The notes under the pieces were generated by a model, which did not search any database, was not told where the DNA came from, and saw nothing but the letters and a program-made list of their open reading frames with translations. 64,000 nt of DNA. Origin: Schizochytrium sp. TIO01 (taxonomy: Eukaryota > Protista > Bigyra: Labyrinthulomycetes). Shown here one piece after another: positions 27,379 to 38,672 of the stretch. Each line of letters starts with the position of its first letter. The first letter of the stretch is position 1. The stretch is from positions 1,426,001-1,490,000 of the forward strand of contig SMSO01000032.1 in the NCBI GenBank assembly GCA_004764695.1, read 5' to 3'. A program made the translations under genes and the position numbers.

Positions 27379-30300
27379 TTATAATTCAACAAAGTTCGTT
27401 TCCCCCGGTGCTGACCCTAAGGTTAGCACAAAGAGTGCCAGTATAAACACAAAAATGATGGTGAGCAACGCCACCATCCATAGTTTAGATGATGACGACT
27501 GGCTGCCCGACCCATGTTGGCGCTGCTTTGCTACAGAACCATTCGACCCAGAAAAGGAGGATCCTTCAGCAGATTCCGCAGCACTATCTTCAGCAATGCC
27601 CTTGAGCGTAGATTTACTGTTTAATTGACGTGCTGAAGAACCACCAACCCCTACACCATTCCAACTAGAACTTTCACCAGTTGGGGATGCAGCACCATTG
27701 GCAAGGTTGTTGTTGGACCGCTTTGCCAAGCTATGCACACGGCCATCACGGTCAATAAATGAAGTGCCGCCATAGGCATTCAGATGCGAGGACTTCCGCT
27801 TTGACTCATCCGTAAGCGCCACAAGATCAATCTCAGGTGCTTCCTTCAAGTTCAAGCAGCGAATCGTTGCACACACAAGGACCCGTTCAGGCATCTCTTG
27901 GTCTTTTTCAGCCTGAATAATCAGAGCACAGTCAATAATCGCATTGAAAACACGGTCGAGCACCGGCATTGCATTACTCAGCGCAAAGTAAGCAAAGCGA
28001 TGAAAATCAATACAAATTTCAAAGTATCCGTCACCTTTATGAAACTCATACTCGGGCCGCACCATCCATGGGGTACCATTGTACTTTGTGAGCAAGGTGC
28101 GCTCAATACGTCCCAAATTACACTCGTCTGGGTTCTCAAGACGGGTAATCATTTTAAGACGTTCGCGGAACTTGTCACCTTCGTACACATGTACGAAACG
28201 ACTCCACAATTGCACCGATGGATCTTCAGGGTTCTCCTTAGCCCAGCTACTCAGCTTAGCAAAGAGAACAACACTTTGGCCGGGTCCATCAATGCGCTTC
28301 TTTGTAAAGGGTCCTGTTGGAGGGTAACCAGGCATCATAATGTTCACAATCAGCAACTCCGGCAATGGGGCCACGGGTTCCCCAGAGCTCGATACAGAAG
28401 GAGCTTGTTGCTTGTACGCAGGGAGCTGCATATAACTAGCAATGTTGGGCCGTTTGCTCTGCAAAGACCACACATCCATACAAACACAGTCGTAGATAGC
28501 AGACCCAGACGGTTCCTTAAGTTTGTTTCGCTTGTAGTCCGGACCAATACGTGTTTGGTATCGGGCAGCTGAGCATGGAGACCAGGTGTTGCATTCTCGA
28601 CCTGGATCTTCGTACGGAACCCGCTTCATAGATGCTCCAGCCTCCATGACAAACTTGATTTTGTCAGGCGTAAAGCTGTACGATGAGGAATACCGGTCTT
28701 CTCTCGAGCCCCTACGGCGTCGTGACGAGCGGCGCATTGATGAAGAACGAGGCACTGAGTTCGAGCGATGTGAGGGTGATAAAGGCAATTCTGAGGAGGA
28801 TAAGGAACGATGGTGCTCGTCAAAACGAGTACGAAAGCTGCCAGATCCTGAACGCTCACGACCGGAAAGACCAAGTCTAGCATCCTCTTCGGCTTGAGCG
28901 CGAGCCGCCTGAAGGGCCGCTGCTGCTTCAGTGACTTCCGCGAGTTCCGCATTTTTAGCCTTTTGCAGCATGAGTGCATCCACAGATGAAGCCGTGGCCA
29001 GTGCCTTGGCGCGTTTTTTGTTACTTTTCGTGCTTGAAGTATCGGACGATTGGTGGTCACCCTCGCCCTTGCGACGAAGAATTTTGCGACGAAAAAAACG
29101 TTTGATCCGAGCACGTTTTCCTGCTGTGCGGGTGGTTGCCACAGTCCCTGCATCGCTCATCGATCCGTGGATATTTGTGCTTTGAAACGCGTGGCTATCG
29201 CTAGCAGGGCTAATCGTTGAGGAAGCATCGTCTGAGTTGGAGTCTTGCGAGTCCATGCAAAGGTGAGAAACTTGGTAACGCAAGTGTACCTGAAAACGGT
29301 CAATATCTTGGTCTCGTGCATCAAGAAATGCATGAAACTCCTCATCCTCGTCAAAGATGGATCCATGGTACTCGCGCATAGCTTGATCTGTGTCAAATGC
29401 TCCATTGGATGCATCCAGCGAAAGTTCTTCGAAAGCACGCGGATGCAAACAATCCTGCGTCGATATGCTACGGATGCGTTTGCCTGGGCCATAGACGGAA
29501 GTGTCGCCGTGTGCCTCACCTGTACCTGTAGCGAGGGACACATCTGTGCCTGCTAATTGCACGTTATCACCTGTCTTGGAGGAGGACGTAGAGGCAGAGG
29601 AAGACCCATTTCTGGGAGACAGCTCTGAATTGCCGTAGTTTTCATGTACGTCAAGATCGAAGTCATCCAAAACACTGGCGGTGAGTCCACCGCGCTCATT
29701 TCGGGTGGTTTCGGCTTCGAGGGAGCCCGGGGGCAGAAGGCCAAGAAGATCCATGCCGAACTCAGCTGTACTTGTACCGCCGAAGCGAGTCTGTAACTGA
29801 TCAGCGGGAATTAGGCGCAAGAATTTATTGTCTCGCTTTTGCTCGCGCACAAAAATGAACTTTTTCTCTGTTTTCTCATCGAAAGCCTTTGAGATCATTT
29901 TCCAGAGGATCCACATGATTTGCAAAGTAGGGTACACCAGACACACGCCGAGACGTTCAGGGTAAAAGTTAAGAAGCAGAGGGATCATGATGCGAACAAG
30001 CTTCATGTCGAGATTATGACGCCCCATATTGATAAAGTCGAAAATGACGACAACATCGTCAACCTCAGCCTCCATGAGTTTAGTCTCGAGTTTCCAAATC
30101 AGGTATCGCACAGTGGTCTCAGTGCTAAAAAGCGTTGGATCGTGGCGAATTCCGCGAATAACGAGAATAGGCCGTCCAAACTTGTCCTGGCCATGCCAGT
30201 AAGCCATACCCCAGCGATCCTGAGCCGCAAACTCATAGTCTCGCTCAAGAATAAGATCCACCTTGTGCTCTCTGCGCCAGCGAAGAACACTTAGCATTTG

Positions 30301-30684
30301 TGAAAAGGCGGCATCCACATCGCCATCTCGTGCGCGCACAAATCGAGAAAGGCTCGCTTCTTCAAGATCTTTAGGCTTCATCAGTGTACACGCCTCCTCG
30401 CTTGCGCTTAATCTTTTTCGAAGAACATCTACTTGTGCAGCTAAGACTTCTGGGTCAACCTGTGTCATTTGGGTCATTGACGATGAATCGCGCGCCTTGA
30501 ATTCATGATCCAAAGCATCTGCAGATTGGCCTGATTTTTGTGGTGTCCCTGATGCGGTTGTGGCCTCTGACCTCATTTCTGCGGGTGCTCCCATTTTAGT
30601 CTGTATTTCTGATGATGTGTCGTTTTGTGAGTTCTTCGACACGTTCTCTCCAACAATCCCTGCACCGCTGCCGCTGTTCACCAT
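27379..30684 (-). CDS. CRAL-TRIO (Sec14-like) + DUF1336/EDR2_C protein with a C-terminal transmembrane anchor (1101 aa)
   Basis: CRAL-TRIO: LSRFVRARDGDVDAA...WRREHKVD, GQDKFGRPIL, FYPERLG, IPADQLQTRFGG. DUF1336: WSPCSAARYQTRIGPDYKRNKLKEPS, RERLKMI, KGDGYFEICIDFH, IIQAEKDQEMPERVL. TM segment LWMVALLTIIFVFILALFVLTL near the end. Confidence 0.88.
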   Translation of the reverse strand: MVNSGSGAGIVGENVSKNSQNDTSSEIQTKMGAPAEMRSEATTASGTPQKSGQSADALDHEFKARDSSSMTQMTQVDPEVLAAQVDVLRKRLSASEEACTLMKPKDLEEASLSRFVRARDGDVDAAFSQMLSVLRWRREHKVDLILERDYEFAAQDRWGMAYWHGQDKFGRPILVIRGIRHDPTLFSTETTVRYLIWKLETKLMEAEVDDVVVIFDFINMGRHNLDMKLVRIMIPLLLNFYPERLGVCLVYPTLQIMWILWKMISKAFDEKTEKKFIFVREQKRDNKFLRLIPADQLQTRFGGTSTAEFGMDLLGLLPPGSLEAETTRNERGGLTASVLDDFDLDVHENYGNSELSPRNGSSSASTSSSKTGDNVQLAGTDVSLATGTGEAHGDTSVYGPGKRIRSISTQDCLHPRAFEELSLDASNGAFDTDQAMREYHGSIFDEDEEFHAFLDARDQDIDRFQVHLRYQVSHLCMDSQDSNSDDASSTISPASDSHAFQSTNIHGSMSDAGTVATTRTAGKRARIKRFFRRKILRRKGEGDHQSSDTSSTKSNKKRAKALATASSVDALMLQKAKNAELAEVTEAAAALQAARAQAEEDARLGLSGRERSGSGSFRTRFDEHHRSLSSSELPLSPSHRSNSVPRSSSMRRSSRRRRGSREDRYSSSYSFTPDKIKFVMEAGASMKRVPYEDPGRECNTWSPCSAARYQTRIGPDYKRNKLKEPSGSAIYDCVCMDVWSLQSKRPNIASYMQLPAYKQQAPSVSSSGEPVAPLPELLIVNIMMPGYPPTGPFTKKRIDGPGQSVVLFAKLSSWAKENPEDPSVQLWSRFVHVYEGDKFRERLKMITRLENPDECNLGRIERTLLTKYNGTPWMVRPEYEFHKGDGYFEICIDFHRFAYFALSNAMPVLDRVFNAIIDCALIIQAEKDQEMPERVLVCATIRCLNLKEAPEIDLVALTDESKRKSSHLNAYGGTSFIDRDGRVHSLAKRSNNNLANGAASPTGESSSWNGVGVGGSSARQLNSKSTLKGIAEDSAAESAEGSSFSGSNGSVAKQRQHGSGSQSSSSKLWMVALLTIIFVFILALFVLTLGSAPGETNFVEL

Positions 30685-31762
30685 GCCGTCAATGAGCGAA
30701 ATGAGATGTCAACGCTGGGCAAAATGCGACCGCAAATATGTAAATAAATGCCACAAACCAATCACAGAATTTAAAGGCAAGATGTGGAAACCAGATGAAC
30801 GAGAGTAACCTGGTACTCAATCCACCCTTTTTTGCACTCTATTACACCAAGTGGAATGAATATCGCAATCAATTCAGGCACTTGACTATCTGTGCACGCA
30901 GCTAACTTGTCAGGCAGGTGTAAGGTATGACGAGCACAAGGTGACAGAGGCACAGATCTGAGCGGGCGGGAGCACGTGCTTCTGCTGGCAGTGCGCTTCT
31001 ATTTGTTTGTTTGCTTGCTTGCTTGCTTGCGCTCAAGTTTGTGCTACTTGTGGATGGATGTTCTGCGAGTCTCACCAGTTCGCTCGACCGCCTCCGCAGC
31101 TGCCGATCGCCCACCCCGATGGCCCGAGCCGAGCTTTGACAGAGCGACGCGAGGGATACCCGCGGCAGCAGCAGGCCTCGTTCGCCACCCCGGGGAGGAT
31201 ATCGCTGCTCCGGTTTTGCTGCTTTGATTTCTCTCTTTCTTTGTCAATCGATCGATCAATCAATCGATCGATTGTTTATTGATGATTTGATTTGATTTGA
31301 TTTTCAATTTTCAATTTTCAATTTTCAATTTTCAATTTTTCATTTTGATTCGCCTTATTTTCCAATGTACTTTGTTTTTCAAGTTGTTTTTAGGTAGATG
31401 CCCTAGTACCTAGTACTAGTATTCTTCCTTTTCTTCCTTTGTTTTACCTTTTCAATCGATCAAATATTTGTCATGAAAAATGAATAACTAAATTAATGAA
31501 TCATTGAGGGAATAAGTGAGTGAGTGAGTGAGTGAATAGTGAACGTGGCAGTCGAAGAGGCAGGACGCCGCGCTTTCCCAGGCGGCCAAGCGCTGAGGTC
31601 TCGATCTCCTCGGCCCCGGGCTGTCCTCGGCTCCTGCCGTGGTCTCTTCCAGGCCTCTTTGCCCTCCTCTCCTCGAGAGCTGCCGTTCTGCGCGGCTCGT
31701 GTTCATTGCTTCTCTTCTCCTTCTTCTCCTTTCGAAGTGACCGCTTTTTCCTCTTTCTTCTC

Positions 31763-31820
<58 letters not shown>
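31763..31820. repeat. (TTTC)n microsatellite
   Basis: tttctttctttc run. Confidence 0.95.
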
Positions 31821-31823
<3 letters not shown>

Positions 31824-34353
31824 TTACCAAAGAAAAAGAAAGAAAGGAAGAAGAAAGAAATTGCGCTTCACTTCATCCGCAACGCAAAGAGAGGAAGAGA
31901 GCGAGAGACTCAGACAGGAAGCCTCTCCATTCTCAGGGTAAGCTCTCTTTCGGCCCTTCTCAGTCGCTCAGTCCACGCTTCGACGGCCTAGGCAAGCAAA
32001 CAAGCAGAGAGCCACCTCCCTCCCTCCCTTTTCCTCGCCACTTCTTGTGTCAATCTCTGCGTCTTTCTTTACTGTATAGGTCGCACTATGAAATTCCGCC
32101 TCTTTTTCCCTTCTTTTCAAACACTGTTTGTTCCTTCCTTTTCATTGAAAATTAAATAATAAATAAAATAAAATAAAATAAAATAACCAAAAAGCATTTC
32201 GAAGAAAAGGAAAGTTTCCTCTTTGTTGGACGATAGAGAAGACGAAAAACTTGACTTGAAAACTCATGCTTGACTGGCCCTCTTCTTACCTGTATCCCTA
32301 GCACTGCAAGGGTACCCGGTCCCGTAAGATCATCCCACCAGTTTGGAAGAGAAGGCCCGACATGATACATTTGCAGGGACCAACCGGACATCATAGAAAC
32401 ATGAGACCTATGCATGAATGTATGAATGTATGAATGCATGAATGTATGAAGGTATGAAGGTATGAAGGTATGAAGAAAACTATTGATGCAAAGGAAAGAT
32501 GCAAATCCATGATGCTAATCAACATGCAAATCAACGATGCAAATCAATAATGCAAGAATCACAAACAACAACAAGAACCATGGCTTCAAGCCAGAAATCC
32601 CAAACCCTTAAGCGCCATTGACGGTCTTGCCACCGCCAAATGCTTCACCTCAGGACGAAATGTTCAATGGGAACTGTGATGCTTGAGTTTTCCATGCTGC
32701 TGATTCGAGCAAACAAGGTCACAAAGGAATTGGAGGCCAGACCAATGCGGCATCAGGAACGAACTCAGCACAAACCAAGGTCGTGAGGAGCTCTAAAACG
32801 AGGTGGATGACAACCTGCAAGTCCATGAACCAGCACAGGCAATCGACGAGCGGCACCCGTATTCCTAATTTGCCACACAGAGATTTGGTCTATTCAGGTG
32901 AATCAGAACCATCGGCGCTCTCAAGTGAGATAGGCATCGTCAAGACCGGCCTCAAATGTCAACCAATCGAACTGAGCTCCATCGCGAGCAAGCGAGGATC
33001 CCAAGTGCCATAGTCTGTGCGCCTACGATCTTCAAGTTCATAACCAGCGCATGAGCAGAGGGGGGCCAACTGCCTGCACAGCAAAGCTGGCGACTGCCTC
33101 GATGGTCGCGACCCCAACCTCGCTCTGGACGGGGTCTCAGGGCAAAGGAGTGCGCGAACCTGACGGGGTAGTACCTCCAGAGAACCGGAATTACAGGGAA
33201 TCAAGAGGACACAGGATCTAGAGAACCACCACGCAGAGCATCTTGCATGGCCAGCGTGATCGGTGGAGCGATCGACAGATATATAGATAGCTAGCTGGAT
33301 ATATGCGCCGAGGGAGCGAGCGAACGAAGTCCTAGAGCACAATGAGTTCCTACCGAGCGATTGCACATCACGCGCTCTTCGTCCCAGCTGGATTGGCCAG
33401 ACCAAGCCAAGCGCAGCTGCGAACGTTTCTTTGCAGCGGTTCTCTGCGAAGGCGAGTTTTATTTTAAACTCAAAGAGTATTTATCTCTCTCTATTTTTCT
33501 TTACTTTAAAAAAAATAATTAATTAATACTCCGTACGCATTATTTTCTTTCAAAGAACTTTGAACTGTACCCAGGGGTAGAAGTAGATAGGCCATCGCTA
33601 GGTACCCAAAGAGTGGAATCTGATTAGCAAAGTCCAAATTCGCTTCTTTCTTCCGTAGCGAGTACTAAGAGTACTACTGTGGAGGAGGGGTTCTTTCTTT
33701 CTTTCTTTCTTTCTTCCGACTTCTAGTTCTTCCAGTAAGAGGCCACTAGGCCTCACTCCCTCCGTTTCTTTCGTTCTCGCCGCTCCGGGCGACCCTTCGA
33801 AGAAGCACAAGAGCTTCCGCTGAGGAAAGAAACCACCGCCTTTCCTGTCCTCCTCTTCCCTCTCTCCGCTTTATCTTCCCCTTCAGACTGCAAGAAAGGC
33901 TCTCAAAGGCGCGATTCGTTGGTCGATCGATGCGTAATCTCAGACTCTCATTGGCTGTTCGACCTTCATTCGCCTCCTCATTCTTGTTCTTTTTGTTCCT
34001 CCCTCCAAGCTGGACAAACAGAACATAATAAACAGAACAGAGCAGAACAGAACAGAGAAATCAAGAGTCGATTTTGTTTGATCGATTGATCGATTGATTG
34101 TTCCTTTCTCTCTTTCTTTCTTTCTTTCTTCCTTTCTTTCTCTCTCTGAACATACGTAGTAGTCATTAGGAGGTAGGTAGGAAGGTAGGTAGGTAAGTGA
34201 TCGATGTTGGCGCCTTCAAAGAACACTTGGATCCTGGAACTAGGAACAAAGAGGGAGAAAGAGAGAAGAAAGAAAGAAAGTTTCAAAAGAAAGCTTCAAA
34301 AGAAAGCTTCAGAGGGAACAACGGCGCCATCGATGTACCAGAATGGAGAACAC

Positions 34354-34417
34354 AGAAGAAGAAGAAGAAGAAGAAGAAGAAGAAGAAGAAGAAGAAGAAG
34401 AAGAAGAAGAAGAAAGA
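34354..34417. repeat. (AAG)n microsatellite
   Basis: gaagaagaag run. Source of the poly-K/R/L ORFs. Confidence 0.95.
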
Positions 34418-35009
34418 AGGCTTTGATTGATTTGGAGGGAGTTTCAGAAGAAGCAAAAAGAGGAATCACGAAGCCACTCGAAACCTCCACCCTCGCCGCC
34501 TTTTGCAGGCAGGAGCCAAGGCGTGAACGAGCGCCGTCGATATCCTCCTCGAGGAAACCGACGACGACGTTGGACGCAAGAGACCCCTCCCTCCCTTCTG
34601 CTGGCTGGCTGGCGGAGAGCTTACGCAGGAAGCGGGACCCTTTGACCTTGCCGCTCGAGCTCCAGAGAAGTGAAACTCCAGTCTAAAGGAGATGATTGAC
34701 CTTCACTTACGCTCTGTCAATTCATTCATTCATTCATCATTCATTCATTGCTTCGTTGATTGTGCGCCATCTCCAATAATCGACCATTATAGCAAATAAA
34801 CAAACAAATAAACAAACAAACAAACGACCGATTCTCTCAAGTCATCCGGTACAATGAGCGGTCCTGAGCGGCTCTGAAGGCAGACCGACTTGGACGCGAC
34901 AGCCGATAATCGTTACTCCAGTTAAGCGTGCGTGGTTCGGGAGTTTAACGAGACCTCTTTGGTGCGGCTTTGATCCAGTTCTTCAGCGTCTTTGAAGCCT
35001 CCACGCAGC

Positions 35010-35142
35010 TTCATTCATTCTATTCATTCTATTCATTCTATTCATTCTATTCATTCATTCTATTCATTCATTCTATTCATTCATTCTATTCATTCATTCT
35101 ATTCATTCTATTCATTTATTCTATTCGTTCATTCGTTCGTTC
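35010..35142. repeat. Compound (TTCA)/(TTCTA) microsatellite
   Basis: tcattctattcattctat pattern drifting to ttcg. Confidence 0.9.
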
Positions 35143-38100
35143 GAATCGCCGTAGTCGAAGCATGGATTGTGGTTGGAATCCTCACGTGAGACGATCTCAA
35201 GTCCGCCCGAAGCGTCGGTTCCCAGGCGTGGCAACCCAAAGGCGCAGAGGAAGGGCCCCTGGTTCGCATAAGCAGGTAAGCTCAGAAGGAAATAAGGGCC
35301 TCAGCGATGAATGACTTGAAGGTTCGCGAACGCGGTCAATCGATTGCGTTTCCCGAGGCGGGTTATATCCCACTCTCAGTAGTCAGAGGTGCTGCTTTGT
35401 TTAGTTTTACTTTATTAAAAACAGCAATTGTAATTAAAACATAAAAATATAAAGTAAAACAGAGTTATCAATCCATAAAGGAAAACATGTTGTACATAAA
35501 GTAAGAAAGAAAGAAACAAATAAACTAACTAACAAACTAACAAACTAACAAATGAATGAATGAATGAATGAATAAATAAAATCGTCTTCTAGCAATACAA
35601 ACTCAAGCCAAGACAATCAATCAATCAATCACTCGTTTGGGTTATCGCCTGCTGCCTTCTCCAGAGGACCTCCTCGGCCGTGCAGCAAGCAAGCAAGCAA
35701 GCAACAGCCGACTATCTAGATGGCAGCAGAATCCCATGACGCCCTCAGCTCCCATTCACATTAATTCACATTGATCGATCTGGCGATTTGTTGTTTATTC
35801 TGCCTCTCTCTGTTTGTCTGTGTATAATTATCTCATCTGTCTTCTCGTCATATTGTACCAAGAAGGCCTCTCTATATATTATATATGTATATATATATAT
35901 ATCTTTCTTTGCGGAAGACACACAAAAAGGATCATCGTACTTTGTCAGGCAGGAAAGCTCGAGCCTGCCAAAGCAAAGACGCACCGCCTCCGTTCCCTTC
36001 GAGGACCGGGACTGCTGATTCTGCGCACTGTGTTTGACACGGAGAGAGCTCAAACAGTAAGCAAGTCAGGAAGTCAGTCAGTCATTCGTTGATTGATTGA
36101 GCTCTTTGTTTGATCGTCTCTGCGCTAAGCTGAGCTAAGCTGAGCTAAGCTGAGCTTGTTTGTTTCAATTGTGAACGGAACATGCATGGAACGGTATACA
36201 CAAGGGCGAAGTGAGAGGGCGAATCTAGGCCGAACTACGCCTCGCTTAGTAGGGGTGTGCTGGGACTGCTTTGGCACGGTGACAAACTTGTAGTCACGCT
36301 GAAGGTATCTGCGCGCGCTGGCTTCTCTCTTTCTTTCTTTCTTCTTTCTTTTTTCTTTCTTTTCTCTTTTTCTGTTTCTTCGACCCTCGAAAGAAATCAA
36401 CGAACGAATGAGTGAATGAGTGAATGAATGACCTTCTTTAAAGTGAAGCGGAGCAGACTGATATAGAGTTCCCCGCGTTCCCCGTTGCTAGTTCTTCGCT
36501 ATGGTTTTAGTTGTTTTGTTGTTGTTGTGTTGTTGTTGTTGTTGTTGCAGTGAATTATGAATAATAAGTAAAGGACGAATTGATGGATCGAATCATTCGA
36601 TAGAGAGGGAGGGAAATGAGACCTTTGTGTTCCAAGGTTTCTTGAAACTATGGGCCTTGGCCGACCTCGCTCCCGTCGCCGCTGACTCGAGCCGCCTGCC
36701 CTCTTGAGGCTCCTCGCCTCTTCGATTGGACGGGCCCCGCCGCTCTTTGCGCAGAATGGATGCACAACACGTGCGAACAGGAATTATTGCGGCGCCTGCA
36801 ACAAAAAGAAAGAAAGAAAGAAAGAAAGAAAGAGAGAAAGAAAGAGCGACAGAGTTTGCGAACAAAGAGAGAAAAAGAGAGTCCTTATTTGCACTTCTTT
36901 TGGGGCAAATGAATCAATTGTGTGAGTGTGTACCAAATTATTTATTTATTTATGGGTTGGTTTGTTTGCTTGTTTGTTTGATTGTTTGTTTTGGTTGTTT
37001 GTTTATGAAAGGGATCGATGGTGAAGAAGATGAATGCCAACGTAAACAGGAGCTGAAAAGGGGACCGACCATTTTGCGCAAAAGGAAGTGGCGCTTAACG
37101 GCCTTTCGTAGCGGTCCGCACAGCTCAAGTGAGCGCTTTGCTGCACGTACCGTATCAGCCTTCGATCGGCTGTACTTTGGCCTTCGAACGCGACGGAGTC
37201 CTTCCTTCCTTCACTCATGCCCAACGAGGCCGTCAACTTTGTCCGTCAATCTTGTTTTACTTTCTATGACATACATTTTAGAAATGAAGATTACCCTTAC
37301 GTACATGGTCGTTTTTTTAAATTCAATATTGATGAAAGTAAGACACCTTTTTCTTTTTTCTTTTTTCTTTTTTTCTTTTTTCTTTTAATGTAAACAACTC
37401 ACTTCGGAGGAACTTCGAGGCATGACACACAACTTGGCTTGGTTGGGGCACTCTGGGAGTATTTAGTCCATCCTGTCGCTCACAACTCATCAAAATGCTG
37501 TACAAGCAAGATAGTTTCCTATAACACACCCAAACTAACCCCCCAGTTGGATCATAGACCTCCCTCAGGACTGCCCAGTGGGACACATATAGCTGGTCCC
37601 TCAACCTTTGAGGGAGTTCATTTGGCATATCCTTATCACAATGACTGTCAATTAGTGGGTACACTAAGCTAATTTTTATTTTATTTATTTTTTAAACGTT
37701 TAAAAAAAAAAAAACTAAAATAAGAATAGACAATTCAAGAGAATGCGTGCGTATTGGATTTCTAGAGTAGGGTTAGATGAGTATCTTCTATAAAACTAAA
37801 TCCTAGGATGTGGTGCAGAGTTAAGGGACCCGCGCAGCTTCGTTTGAGAAAATGACTAAATTGCGGTTTATATAGGCAGGCAGGTGGAATGAATGAATGA
37901 ATGAATGAATGAATGAATGAATGAATGAATGAATGAAATAAAATGAAGGTTGGTGTCCCTTCTCTTGGAGCTCTAAACCCTCTTCTTGAGCAACGAAGGG
38001 GGTGCGGAATGGCCTCCTCCTGGTGCGGGCTGGGGCCCAGAGAAGCAGTTGCGCACACTGTGGATACGAAGGAGTACCGTACCAAGATCGATCTATCCGT

Positions 38101-38560
38101 CACTACGCAGTTTTCCCTCGCTTCGTTCTAGTCTGTACCTATCCGTAAAAAGGATAAAAAAGGGGGAAAAAGACACAAAAAGAGGAAAAAGGTCTGCTTA
38201 CTCAAGCTTTTAATTGTATCGATTTGTGAAAGTTGACCTTTAATGACTTATTTATTCTACTTTTAAAGCAATTCACATGTGAAAAGTTGGAAAAGGAAGA
38301 GATAACGGAGCTTTCTCTTCTTCGAAAGGATTCGAAGAACTCCATCGCAAGAGAATGAAACGAATGAAGAATGAATATGCTAATGCTGCTGCTGCTCCAT
38401 AAGCTATGGGCTTTGCGCAAACCCATGGCATCGAATAGAAAAAGCGCGCACGCGCTCGCACGCAGGTAGTACCTATCTACAAAAGCAGAAGGAAGATCTA
38501 AGGAATGACGCGAAGACAAGATCTGCCTGCGGCATTTTGTGAACGATCAAGGAATGAACG

Positions 38561-38672
<112 letters not shown>

